A stretch of 64,000 nucleotides of DNA from an uncultured beta proteobacterium (GCA_963714755.1 CAVQPL010000001.1:145543-209542); one strand, 5' to 3'. Shown: positions 1 to 9,229, counted from the stretch's first letter. Notes: a model not told the origin generated them from the sequence alone. Numbers and translations are program-made.

Positions 1-706
1 AGGCCGCGATGTGGCGGGTTTCGCGGGCGTTATCGACCTGGTTGCGGGTCGGGCTGAAGAACAGACCCGGCGCGTGCAATAGTTTGCTGATCGGGAAGAT
101 CAGCATCAGCAGCGCGACCAGGGCCAGGTGCAGCAGCAGCACCGGCAAGGCCGGCAGTGCCTGCCAATCGAGTTGTAGCAGACCGAGGGTGAACTGCTTG
201 ACCGCGACGATGTCGGGATGGGCGACGAAACGCATCAGCAAGCCGCTGCCACCGATTACCAGCAGCAGGGCCAGCATCAGGTGGTCGGACGGGGTCGAGA
301 TGTAGCGTACCCGGTCCACCAGGAAGCGTCGCGCCCAAAGGCCGGCCAGACCGAAGACCATCAGGAAGCCAGCATAGGTGCCGATCGGCTGTATCCACGC
401 CACCGCCGACCAGACGGGTTCCTGGAAATAGCGCAGGTGGCGCAGCAATACCAGCAGCAGACCGAAATGAAAGCTCCAGCCGAAGATCCAGGTCCATTTG
501 CTGGACTTGAACAGGCTTTCGAAAAGCACCACCTCGCGCGCCATGCGCCAACCCACGCCGCTGGCCGTGACCGGCGCCGGCGTGGTGGGTATCTTCAGTG
601 GCGCGGGGGTGCGCGCGTAGCTACGGATCTTGCGTGCCAGACCGACCACCATGACCAGGGTCGCAATGTAGAAAAGCAGTGCGAAAAGGATAGTCAGCAG
701 CGACAT
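1..706 (-). CDS. dsrM: DsrM, membrane cytochrome b subunit of DsrMKJOP (3' end outside window)
   Basis: Own translation from ATG at 706: MSLLTILFALLFYIATLVMVVGLARKIRSYARTPAPLKIPTTPAP...WIFGWSFH...LRHLRYF; directly follows dsrC. Confidence 0.9.
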   Translation of the reverse strand, partial: MSLLTILFALLFYIATLVMVVGLARKIRSYARTPAPLKIPTTPAPVTASGVGWRMAREVVLFESLFKSSKWTWIFGWSFHFGLLLVLLRHLRYFQEPVWSAVAWIQPIGTYAGFLMVFGLAGLWARRFLVDRVRYISTPSDHLMLALLLVIGGSGLLMRFVAHPDIVAVKQFTLGLLQLDWQALPALPVLLLHLALVALLMLIFPISKLLHAPGLFFSPTRNQVDNARETRHIAA

Positions 707-768
707 GGTCGGGTTCGGCAAGTCAGCTGCGGCTGCGGGTCATCGGCTGGTCAGGTCGATGCCGGGGC

Positions 769-1101
769 TCAGATGCAACCTGTGGGCTTTGGCAAGCCGG
801 CGATCTTGCAGGCCTGCTTGGCCGGGCCGTAGGGGAACAACTCGTACAGGTACTTGCTGTTGCCTTTTTCTTCGCCAAACTGTTTGCCGATGGCCTTGGT
901 CAACACCCGCACCGCTGGCGCGATCTGGTATTCGTTGTAGTACTCGCGCAGGAAGTTGACGACCTCCCAGTGGTTGTCGGTCAGCGCGATCTTTTCTTCC
1001 TCGGCCAGTTGCTGCGCGATCTCTGGTGTCCAGTCGGAGAGGTCCACCAGGTAACCTTCTTCGTCGGTCTCGATCGTGGCGCCGTTGATTTCCATGCTCA
1101 T
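769..1101 (-). CDS. dsrC: DsrC sulfur carrier
   Basis: 110 aa from MSMEINGATIETDEEGYL; C-terminal arm ACKIAGLPKPTGCI keeps both conserved Cys; GGAG RBS. Confidence 0.96.
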   Translation of the reverse strand: MSMEINGATIETDEEGYLVDLSDWTPEIAQQLAEEEKIALTDNHWEVVNFLREYYNEYQIAPAVRVLTKAIGKQFGEEKGNSKYLYELFPYGPAKQACKIAGLPKPTGCI

Positions 1102-1144
1102 GTTTTTCTCCAGGTAAAAAGGGGTTGTGGCGACCGGACTGGCG

Positions 1145-1444
1145 TCACAGCCAGGATTGTGATGTGCTGTGTTGCACCGCCAGATCGACAAAGCCGGCGT
1201 AATCGACCAGTTCGACGCCTTCGACCACCCGGGTTGCGACGCCGCGCGCGTCCATGTCGGGGCGCAGGGCGTAGACCTTGAGCCGGCCGGTGGCCTCGCG
1301 GATGCGCTGCTCGGCAGCGCTGCCTGCGCTGGCGGCATAGACGCCGTCCTCGATCAGCAGCAAGGCGCTGCCGGGCTTGGCCAGACGCAGGCAACTGTCC
1401 AGGGCACTGCTGTGAAAAGGCGATTTATTGACGATGTGCAGCAT
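1145..1444 (-). CDS. dsrH: DsrH (TusB family)
   Basis: MLHIVNKSPF...LLLIEDGVYAA; dsrEFH order. Confidence 0.95.
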   Translation of the reverse strand: MLHIVNKSPFHSSALDSCLRLAKPGSALLLIEDGVYAASAGSAAEQRIREATGRLKVYALRPDMDARGVATRVVEGVELVDYAGFVDLAVQHSTSQSWL

Positions 1445-1461
1445 GGGGCGGTTCTTGTGTT

Positions 1462-1857
1462 CTAGAAGCTCAGGATCACGTCCTGCTGCTCCATCAGGTC
1501 GGCCATGGCGTCGGTGTCCAGCACCTCGACCGGGACCAGCAGGTCTTTCTCGCTCAAACCGCGCAGCTCCAGCGAGTCGCGGTCGACGTACAGTTTCTCG
1601 ACGTCATAGCCTTCCAGCGCCCGGTAGCTGGGCGAGAAGTTCTTGATGCCGATGTCCTTGGTCTGCTGGCCCTTGACCAGTTGGTAGATGCCATCGTCGA
1701 TGAAGACCAGGCTCACATCCTGATCGAAGGTGGCGGTGATCAGCACCACCTCCAGGCTCTCGAGCGCGTAGATGGTTCCGTAGGGGGCTTTGCGGTTGAC
1801 GAACATGAATTTCTTCACTTTCGCTGCACCACCCGGTGTTGCCTGCTGTTCAGCCAT
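1462..1857 (-). CDS. dsrF: DsrF (TusC family)
   Basis: KKFMFVNRKAPYGTIYALESLE...FIDDGIYQL. Confidence 0.95.
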   Translation of the reverse strand: MAEQQATPGGAAKVKKFMFVNRKAPYGTIYALESLEVVLITATFDQDVSLVFIDDGIYQLVKGQQTKDIGIKNFSPSYRALEGYDVEKLYVDRDSLELRGLSEKDLLVPVEVLDTDAMADLMEQQDVILSF

Positions 1858-1882
1858 GCTGCTTCTTTCCGTGATTCATCGA

Positions 1883-2242
1883 TCAGTCGCCGAACACCAG
1901 CAGGCGGTCGGCCTTGATGCCGCTGTCCGCCAACTGCCCCAGGCCCGAGATACGGAATCCCGGTGCCAGAACCGCGTCGTTGATGCCCCGGCGCAGGGCC
2001 GCGGCGACACATACCACCAGGTCGACCTTGTGCTCCTGCGCCAGCGCGGTCCATCGGTTCACGATGTGGCGGTCGTCGCGCGGCGGCTCGGTGTGCCGGG
2101 TCGCGTTGTTCACGCCGTCGTGGTAGAAAAAGATGCGTTGAATCTCATGACCCTTGGCCAGCGCAGCGATCGCGAACTGGTAGGCGCTGTCGCTGGCCTG
2201 GTGGGTATAGGGACCTTCGCTGACAAGTAGACCGAACTTCAT
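1883..2242 (-). CDS. dsrE: DsrE (TusD family) sulfurtransferase
   Basis: EGPYTHQASDSAYQF, FFYHDGV, active-site CVAAALRRG. Confidence 0.95.
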   Translation of the reverse strand: MKFGLLVSEGPYTHQASDSAYQFAIAALAKGHEIQRIFFYHDGVNNATRHTEPPRDDRHIVNRWTALAQEHKVDLVVCVAAALRRGINDAVLAPGFRISGLGQLADSGIKADRLLVFGD

Positions 2243-2254
2243 GGCGTGGTGGGA

Positions 2255-3325
2255 TCAGAAACGGATGTGCGTCGATGCGTTCAGGCTGGTGCGCGAACCG
2301 CGCCAGTCGTCGATCAGGTACTTGGTGAAGGGCAGGTCGCATTTTTCAAAGAACTGCGGCCAGCCAATGCGCTCGATCCACTCCGACATGCGTTCCCAGG
2401 AGCGGGCGTCTTCCTTGTAGGTGTAAAGGATCTTTTTCACCATCGCCGACACTTCGGGCCAGCGTGGCGGGTTGTTCGGCAGCCCGGATGCCACCATCTT
2501 CATGAAGGTCGGCTTGCTGCGCGCGTTGGAGTTCTTGCCCCCGACCCAGATCGCCAGCTTGCTGTTTTCCGGATCGTTGATCTGCATTGGCGGGCAGGGC
2601 GGGTAGCAGGCGCCGCAGCACATGCACTTGGATTCGTCGATCTCCAGCGAGGGCTTGCCGTTGACCATGGCGGGGCGGATCGCAGCCACCGGGCAACGGG
2701 CTACCACGCTCGGGCGCTCGCAGACATTGGCCACCATGTCGTGGTTGATCTTGGGCGGCTTGGTGTGCTGGATGACGATGGCGATGTCGGCCTGGCCGCC
2801 GCAGTTGATCTCGCAGCAGGAGGTGGACAAGCGCACGCGGTTAGGCATCTCCTCCTTGATGAATTCGGCGTGCAGGTCGTCCATCAGTGCCTTCACGGCT
2901 CCCGAGGCGTCGGTGGCCGGGATGTCGCAATGCAGCCAACCCTGGGTATGCGCGATCGACGACACCGAGTTGCCGGTGCCGCCAACCGGAAAGCCGGCGC
3001 TGGTCAAGGCATCGACCAGCGGCTCGACCCGTGCCGGATCGGTCACCATGTATTCGATGTTGCTGCGGATCGTGAAACGCACATGGCCGTCGGCGTACTG
3101 GTCGGCGATGTCGCACAGCTTGCGCACCGTGTACAGGTCGAGCTGGCGCTGCGTGCCGGCGCGCACGGTCCAGATCTCGTCGCCGCTGTGTGACACATGG
3201 TGCAACACGCCGGGCCGTGGCCGGTCGTGGTATTTCCAGTTGCCGTAGTTGCGCAGCATCAGCGGATGCATGTACTGCTTGTTATCGGGTACGCCGCTCT
3301 CGATCGGGGTGCGCATGGTGGCCAT
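2255..3325 (-). CDS. dsrB: Dissimilatory sulfite reductase beta subunit (oxidative type)
   Basis: Start MATMRTPIESG; HTQGWLHCDIPATDASG, SCCEINCG, ferredoxin CMCCGAC. Confidence 0.96.
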   Translation of the reverse strand: MATMRTPIESGVPDNKQYMHPLMLRNYGNWKYHDRPRPGVLHHVSHSGDEIWTVRAGTQRQLDLYTVRKLCDIADQYADGHVRFTIRSNIEYMVTDPARVEPLVDALTSAGFPVGGTGNSVSSIAHTQGWLHCDIPATDASGAVKALMDDLHAEFIKEEMPNRVRLSTSCCEINCGGQADIAIVIQHTKPPKINHDMVANVCERPSVVARCPVAAIRPAMVNGKPSLEIDESKCMCCGACYPPCPPMQINDPENSKLAIWVGGKNSNARSKPTFMKMVASGLPNNPPRWPEVSAMVKKILYTYKEDARSWERMSEWIERIGWPQFFEKCDLPFTKYLIDDWRGSRTSLNASTHIRF

Positions 3326-3375
3326 GGTGCTGTTCCTGTGTTTCGTTGTGGCTGCGGTGCCGGTCGTGCTGGAGT

Positions 3376-4659
3376 TCAGTCCGCCGACGCCTTGCGGGCG
3401 TTGATCTTGGCGACTTCGTCGTCCCAGCCATCGGTGCGCACATAGGGGTTGGTGCGCGGCGCGGCCACCATGTTGGCATCGATCTCCAGGTCGATGCCCT
3501 CGAGGAAGTTGACCAGACCGATGCGCTCGATCATCTCGCCGGTGCGTTCGTGTTCCAGCGCATTCTCGGCGAAGAAGTCGATGGTTTTCTGCCCCAGATC
3601 GACCAATGCCTGGTAGTCCTCGTCGGTCTTCATCGGCATGAAGGGTACGACCACGGTGCCCATCAGGTCGCCGATCTTGAGCGTGCGTTTGCCGCCCATC
3701 AGCACCGTCACGCCCTTGTCTGTGCCGGAGGCCAGCGCGCCGGTCATGACATTGATGCAGTGCATGCAGCGCACGCAGTTGCCGTTGTCGATTTCCAGTG
3801 AGTGCGTGTCGTTGACCGCGACGCAGGAGATCTTGGGCCCGGCTTTGACGTCCTTCGTCTCCTTGAGCATGATGGTCTTGGTCGGGCAGCGGGTGACGAC
3901 GTCGTTGACCAACTCGGTCATGCCGTGCTTGTCGAACCACTTGCGCGCCATTGTCTCGTCGGTGCGGATGTTGTCGCGCCAGGTGCCGATGACGGCCATG
4001 TCGGCGCGCTGGATCGAGTTCATGCAGTCGTTCGGGCAGCCGGAGAACTTGAATTTGAACTTGTAAGGCAGAGCCGGACGGTGCATGTCGTCCAGGAAGG
4101 AGTTGACGACCTGGCGATGCGCGCGAGCCTCGTCAAAGCAGGATTGCTCGCAGCGCGCCGCGCCGACGCAGGACATCGAGGTGCGCACCGCCGGACCGGC
4201 GCCGCCGAGATCGAATCCCAGCTCATTGAGTTCGTCGAATGCCCCCTGCACATTGGCGGTGCTGGCGCCCTGGAACATGATGTCGCCCGACTGGCCGTGA
4301 AAGGCGATCAGGCCGGAGCCGTGGCGCTCCCAGATGTCGCACATCTTGCGCAACACATCGGTGTTGTAGTGCATGCCGGCCGGCGGCATGACGCGCAGGG
4401 TGTGGAATTCCTTGGAGGCCGGGAATTTGTCGGCCACCTCGGAAAAGCGCGGGATGACGCCGCCACCATAACCATACACACCCACCGTGCCGCCCTTCCA
4501 GTAGCCCTTGCGGGTCTGGTAGGAATGCTCGAGCTGGCCGAGCAGGTCGGTCATGTATTCGCTGTCGTTGGCCAGGCGCTTGAGGCCGGTGACGAAGCTC
4601 GGCCAGGGACCGGCCTCGAGCTGGTCCAGCATCGGGGTTTCGTGTTGCTTCTTGCTCAT
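3376..4659 (-). CDS. dsrA: Dissimilatory sulfite reductase alpha subunit (oxidative type)
   Basis: TPMLDQLEAGPWPSFV, CVGAARCE, YKFKFKFSGCPNDC, CVRCMHC; linked to dsrEFH. Confidence 0.97.
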   Translation of the reverse strand: MSKKQHETPMLDQLEAGPWPSFVTGLKRLANDSEYMTDLLGQLEHSYQTRKGYWKGGTVGVYGYGGGVIPRFSEVADKFPASKEFHTLRVMPPAGMHYNTDVLRKMCDIWERHGSGLIAFHGQSGDIMFQGASTANVQGAFDELNELGFDLGGAGPAVRTSMSCVGAARCEQSCFDEARAHRQVVNSFLDDMHRPALPYKFKFKFSGCPNDCMNSIQRADMAVIGTWRDNIRTDETMARKWFDKHGMTELVNDVVTRCPTKTIMLKETKDVKAGPKISCVAVNDTHSLEIDNGNCVRCMHCINVMTGALASGTDKGVTVLMGGKRTLKIGDLMGTVVVPFMPMKTDEDYQALVDLGQKTIDFFAENALEHERTGEMIERIGLVNFLEGIDLEIDANMVAAPRTNPYVRTDGWDDEVAKINARKASAD

Positions 4660-4788
4660 CGCCTATCTCCTGTCGGATGGTACGCAGGTCCGGTTTGCCT
4701 AACGCACTGTTCAACTTTCGATTCTCCCGTCGCAAAGGACAGTCGAACCCTTGGGAACCGATACTACGAACCGGGCCGGCACTGCGCT

Positions 4789-4852
4789 ATCACCCGCGTT
4801 GAGTAGATCCTACTACCCGTTCGGGTGATGCAGCGCCACCCGTCCCGGTAAT
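4789..4852. promoter_or_regulatory. Three phased imperfect palindromes ATyACCC-N4-GGGTrAT
   Basis: Copies start at 4789 (right half degenerate), 4812 and 4835 (23-bp period) in the divergent dsrA/accessory-operon spacer. Confidence 0.55.
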
Positions 4853-4893
4853 AGACAGCCTGGCGCCGGATTGCGCCCAATACGATAAACACC

Positions 4894-5166
4894 ATGAGCA
4901 CAATCACACCGCTTGCAAAGCTGATCAATCCGCTGGGCGGTCAGCAGATCGAACTTCAGCAGCTGGACTACGCCTCCGGCGGCATGAGCCTGCTACGCAC
5001 CCGGATTCGCGAAAAGAGCCGATTCACCGTGTTCGAAATCGATGCACAGACCGCGCGCCAGTGGGGCGAGGTTCTGCTGCAATGGGCGCGCACGCAAGCG
5101 GAGGTCGACGCCGGCAACCCCCAAGCCCGGGCTGCGGATGACCCCGGTCCGCCGGATACGCCATGA
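4894..5166 (+). CDS. Small conserved hypothetical protein (DUF6967-like)
   Basis: 90 aa, LLRTRIREKSRFTVFEID motif; stop overlaps next ATG. Confidence 0.75.
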   Translation: MSTITPLAKLINPLGGQQIELQQLDYASGGMSLLRTRIREKSRFTVFEIDAQTARQWGEVLLQWARTQAEVDAGNPQARAADDPGPPDTP

Positions 5167-5777
5167 AGCCGGACACGAACACCGTCGCGCAGGTGGTCGA
5201 CGTGGTGTTCCCGCTGCTTGGCCGGGCCGTTGCGCGCGACCACGCCCAGGCATTGCGCGAAGCCCTGGTGGCGCTGTGGCCATGGTTGGAGCATGATCCG
5301 GCCGCGGCCATCCACCCGCTCAGGCTGGTGCCTGGCAACGAGGCGCTGGGTCTGCTGTCTGGCCGTGCCCGATTGCTGCTGCGGGTGCATGCTGATCGCG
5401 TCGACACTTTGGCCGGCGCGGGCGAGGTGCAAATCGACCTGCTCGGTGAATCCCTTCGCCTGGGGCCGGCTCAGCCGCGTGCGTTGCGCCCGCACAGCGC
5501 CATGTATGCATACCGGGTGGCGGCGCCGGGTCCGGACGAAGTCGAGTTCATGGACCAGGTCGGCCGCGAAATGACGGATCTGGGCATCAGTGCGGCGCGC
5601 GTATGCGGCAAGCACCAGTTGCTGAACCTGCAGGGTCGGCGCCTGGACGCCTTCAGTTTGCTGCTCCATGAGATGACGCCGCGGGACGCTTTGCGCTTGC
5701 AGCAAGTCGGACTGGGCGAGCATCGGCTGCTGGGTTGTGGCGTGTTTGTGCCGCACAAGTCCGCGGCTGCAGTGTGA
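5163..5777 (+). CDS. cas6: Orphan Cas6/Cmx6-like RAMP protein
   Basis: N-terminal DVVFPLLGRAVARDHAQAL and C-terminal Gly-rich loop GLGEHRLLGCGVFVPH typical of I-MYXAN Cas6. Confidence 0.85.
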   Translation: MKPDTNTVAQVVDVVFPLLGRAVARDHAQALREALVALWPWLEHDPAAAIHPLRLVPGNEALGLLSGRARLLLRVHADRVDTLAGAGEVQIDLLGESLRLGPAQPRALRPHSAMYAYRVAAPGPDEVEFMDQVGREMTDLGISAARVCGKHQLLNLQGRRLDAFSLLLHEMTPRDALRLQQVGLGEHRLLGCGVFVPHKSAAAV

Positions 5778-5819
5778 CAGGCAGCAGAATCCATATCAAC
5801 GGAGCAGGAGACAAAACGT

Positions 5820-6149
5820 ATGGGATACATCATCGGGGGCGTGGATCATGCGGTCGACGAGCAGGGTTACCTGCTCGAGCCGGTGCTCGATGACGAGGCT
5901 GTGCGTGTGATCGCGCAGGCCGAGGACATCGTGCTGACCGAGTCGCACTGGGAAGTCGTCAACTTCCTGCGCGATCAGTACCGGGAACACGGTCAGACGC
6001 CGAATTTCCGCAACATGCTCAAGGCATTGGCCGAGATCCATCCCGGTATCGACAGCAAGGCCTTGTACGATCTTTTTCCAGTCGGACCGGCCAAGCAGGG
6101 CCCCAAGGTGGCCGGATTGCCCCAGCCGCTGGGCAAGGGCGGCTACTGA
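5820..6149 (+). CDS. DsrC/TusE family paralog with no cysteines (RspA-like)
   Basis: DEQGYL, LTESHWEVVNFLR, LYDLFPVGPAKQ...AGLP; ends GKGGY; no Cys anywhere. Confidence 0.88.
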   Translation: MGYIIGGVDHAVDEQGYLLEPVLDDEAVRVIAQAEDIVLTESHWEVVNFLRDQYREHGQTPNFRNMLKALAEIHPGIDSKALYDLFPVGPAKQGPKVAGLPQPLGKGGY

Positions 6150-6170
6150 TGCCTGCGCAGGGCTGATCGC

Positions 6171-6788
6171 ATGGCAGTGATGCGCATCAAGAGCCAGTGG
6201 TTCCGTGAGGGGGCCAGCAGGACGCCGGCCCAGACTGCCAGCGCCATGGCGTTCATCACCTGGCGGGTGGCGCAGAACATGCTCAAGCAGATGCGATCTG
6301 CCCACTTCGATATCGACATCGGGGTGCAGTATTTCGCGTTCACGCAAGAGGTGCTGGTGTTCCTGATCCAGGTGCTCGATCGCATGGCGGCCGAGCGTAT
6401 GGTCGCCACGGAGCGTGGCGCCTTCATGTCGGCACTGGTGCAGCGGGTTGCCCAGATTCTGCAGGAAAACGAGGATGGCCTGCTGGGTGTGCCGGCGGCG
6501 GGACAACCGAGCCATTACGATCGCTTTATCGACCAATACAACGATCTGTCCGATCACTATGCCGATTTTGGTCATGGCCCGCAAGGGCCGGACTTTGCTT
6601 TCGTGCGCTATCTGGGCCACCGGATCGAGGCGCTGATGCCGGAGAAGGACAGGCTGTGGGTCGTGGAGCAGATCATGGCGGCCGAAGTGCCCGAGGCGCT
6701 ACAGATTTTGCAGCGTTCCATGCAGGACGTCCTGAGTACCGAGCCGCGCGCGCCGCGCCGCAGCCGCGGCACCAGCGGCGGCGATTGA
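6171..6788 (+). CDS. Conserved hypothetical helical protein
   Basis: 205 aa ORF in operon with coding-like codon usage. Confidence 0.75.
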   Translation: MAVMRIKSQWFREGASRTPAQTASAMAFITWRVAQNMLKQMRSAHFDIDIGVQYFAFTQEVLVFLIQVLDRMAAERMVATERGAFMSALVQRVAQILQENEDGLLGVPAAGQPSHYDRFIDQYNDLSDHYADFGHGPQGPDFAFVRYLGHRIEALMPEKDRLWVVEQIMAAEVPEALQILQRSMQDVLSTEPRAPRRSRGTSGGD

Positions 6789-6792
6789 GTGC

Positions 6793-7746
6793 ATGAAGAT
6801 GACAATGCAGGGCTCACCGTTCGACTTGCTGCAGGAGAGTGCCTACCGGCGCTGGCGCTACACCAAGCTGGCTTGCGCGAAGCGGCGCTGGCAGGACCTG
6901 GTAGTGCAGGTCAACGACCCCTGCCAGCTGAGTGACGCCGAGCGCCAGGCGCTGCTGCAGCGTTGCGCCGACGTCAACATGGCGATCTACCAAAGCAGCA
7001 GGATCGATCCGGACAAGGGCATCGTGCTCGCCATCGCTCGCCAGCTCGGGCTCTCCCGGCAAGACGGCAACTGGCTGGCCGATGACGACGGTATCTCGCC
7101 GATTGCAGTGGCTGCAACCAATGGCGAACGACAGGCCTTCATTCCGTATACCGACCGTCCGATACAGTGGCATACCGATGGCTATTACCAGCCCTTGTCG
7201 CGCCCGATTCGGTCCATGCTGCTGCATTGCGTGCGCAGCGCAGCCAGCGGCGGTGAAACCACGCTGATGGACCATGAGATGGCCTACATCGCGATGCGCG
7301 ACATCGATCCGGGCACCGTGCGTGCGCTGATGGCCCCTGACGCAATGACGATTCCCGCGCGGCAGGACGACGACGGGGTCGCGCGCGCCGAGCAGTCCGG
7401 CCCGGTGTTCTCGGTTGACCCGCGCGACGGCGCCTTGCACATGCGCTATACGGCGCGCACGCGCAGCATCGTGTGGAAGGACGATGCGCCAACCCGGGCG
7501 GCAGTGGCCCTGCTGCGCCAATTGCTGTGCACCGATGGCGCCAACCTGTTCCGTTTGCGCCTGGAGCCCGGCATGGGGCTGGTGTGCAACAACGTGCTGC
7601 ACGAGCGCAGCGCTTTCGTCGATGAGCCAGGCCACCCCCGTCTGCTGTACCGCGCCCGCTATCTGGATCGCGTAGGGACGGCAATCGGTCGCTCTGCAGC
7701 GGTAGCTGGCCTCGAGCCTGGCGTCCCGAACATGATGGAGGGCTAG
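6793..7746 (+). CDS. TauD/TfdA-family Fe(II)/2-oxoglutarate dioxygenase-like protein
   Basis: WHTDGYY (HxD), GGETTLMD, NNVLHERSAF (distal His/Arg). Confidence 0.85.
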   Translation: MKMTMQGSPFDLLQESAYRRWRYTKLACAKRRWQDLVVQVNDPCQLSDAERQALLQRCADVNMAIYQSSRIDPDKGIVLAIARQLGLSRQDGNWLADDDGISPIAVAATNGERQAFIPYTDRPIQWHTDGYYQPLSRPIRSMLLHCVRSAASGGETTLMDHEMAYIAMRDIDPGTVRALMAPDAMTIPARQDDDGVARAEQSGPVFSVDPRDGALHMRYTARTRSIVWKDDAPTRAAVALLRQLLCTDGANLFRLRLEPGMGLVCNNVLHERSAFVDEPGHPRLLYRARYLDRVGTAIGRSAAVAGLEPGVPNMMEG

Positions 7747-7750
7747 CGGC

Positions 7751-9229
7751 ATGGCGCAATTTGTTTCAGTCTGGCGTGCCGCGCAACTCGTGGGCGTGGC
7801 CCGCGGCGTGTTGCAACAGCAGGTGCGCAGTGGCGCGCTGGTACTCAGCGACGGCATGGTTTCGACCGATGTGCTGTTGCGGCTTTATCCGGACGTCAGA
7901 CTAGAGGAGTCCGGTCTGCTCGAGCGCGTCGCGCAGATTCGCGTCGAGGCGTTCGGCAAACGCGTGCGTGAACGCATGTTGCCGAGCCAGGAGGTGCTGG
8001 CGCAGCGCGTGTTTGCGCAGAGCCAGGAACTGGCCGACGTCAGGCGCCACCTGCAGCGCTACCACGCGCTGGTGGTCGACCTGCAGCAACGCGTCCGCCA
8101 AACAGCCGGACAAGCGGGCAGCGACGACGCCTGGCAGGACCTGGAACACGAAATCACGCAGGGGCTGGCGCGTGTGCTGGCAACGGAATCGGTCGACATG
8201 CTGGAGGTGCTGGACGACATGCTTAAAGTCATGATGGCGCAAGTCACGCTCAGACCCAGCGGACACCAGTTCGCCGTACACGGTCATGCCGATCTGCTGC
8301 AGGCCGGTTTGCAGGCCGGGCTCAAGCTCAATTACGGTTGCGGCAACGGCAGTTGCGGCATGTGCAAGGTGCGGGTGATTTCCGGCGAGGTACACAAGAC
8401 CGCGCCGTTCGACTATCCGTTGTCGGAGGCCGAGAAGGCGCTCGGTTACACCTTGATGTGCTGCCACACGGCGGCCAGCAGTGAAGTGACACTGGAGATG
8501 CTCGAGGCCAGCGGCCCGCAGGACATCGCCCCGCAGGAAATCGTGGCCAAGGTGCGCGCGGTGACGCCGTTGGCCGCTGATACCCGGTTGCTGCATTTGC
8601 AGACGCCACGCACGCACCGGCTGCGCTTCCTGGCCGGCCAGTCGGTTGAACTGAGCTGGTCTCTGCCGGGCGGCACAGACGACATACACCAGGTTTTTCC
8701 GGTGGCCAGTTGTCCGTGCGACGACCGCAACCTGCAGTTTTTCATTGCCCGCGACGATGGCGACGCGTTCGCGCTGCGCTTGTTTGGCGGCGATATCGGC
8801 TCCGGCGCGGTGGTCACGGTACGGGGCCCGATGGGCGAATTCGTGCTGACCGACAGTGAACGGCCACTCGTGTTCGCGGCTTGCGACACCGGCTTTGCGC
8901 CGATCAAGAGCCTGATCGAGCAGGCGCTGGCGCTCGATGACGCGCCGTCGCTGTCACTGTTCTGGCTGGCCACACGCGGTGATGGTCATTTTCTGGAAAA
9001 CCAGTGCCGTGCCTGGTCGGCGGCGCTTGACCCGTTCGAATACGAACTGGTGACGGACCCCGACCCGGCCGAGGGTGCGCGCCGGATCGCCCAGGCGATG
9101 CGGGTCGACCTGTTCGACATCGACTGCCATTTCTACCTGGCCGGCCCGCAGGAGTTTGTCGCAACCCTGGCGGGCAAGCTGCGCGACGCCGGAGTGGCGC
9201 CTGGCCAGATCGCCAGCGAGGTGTTGTGA
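7751..9229 (+). CDS. HTH/coiled-coil + 2Fe-2S ferredoxin + FNR-like oxidoreductase fusion
   Basis: N-terminal VSVWRAAQLVGVARGVLQQQV (HTH-like), CGNGSCGMC...LMCC, GPMGEF, DTGFAPIKSL, YLAGP. Confidence 0.82.
   Translation: MAQFVSVWRAAQLVGVARGVLQQQVRSGALVLSDGMVSTDVLLRLYPDVRLEESGLLERVAQIRVEAFGKRVRERMLPSQEVLAQRVFAQSQELADVRRHLQRYHALVVDLQQRVRQTAGQAGSDDAWQDLEHEITQGLARVLATESVDMLEVLDDMLKVMMAQVTLRPSGHQFAVHGHADLLQAGLQAGLKLNYGCGNGSCGMCKVRVISGEVHKTAPFDYPLSEAEKALGYTLMCCHTAASSEVTLEMLEASGPQDIAPQEIVAKVRAVTPLAADTRLLHLQTPRTHRLRFLAGQSVELSWSLPGGTDDIHQVFPVASCPCDDRNLQFFIARDDGDAFALRLFGGDIGSGAVVTVRGPMGEFVLTDSERPLVFAACDTGFAPIKSLIEQALALDDAPSLSLFWLATRGDGHFLENQCRAWSAALDPFEYELVTDPDPAEGARRIAQAMRVDLFDIDCHFYLAGPQEFVATLAGKLRDAGVAPGQIASEVL

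Noticed and set aside
3326-3940. 205-aa N-terminal extension of DsrB in the ORF track
   Set aside because: It overlaps dsrA in another frame; DsrB homology and an RBS begin at 3325.
1-4659. Sulfate-reducer dsr locus
   Set aside because: dsrEFH, aprM and soeABC are present and dsrD is absent, indicating the known oxidative pathway.
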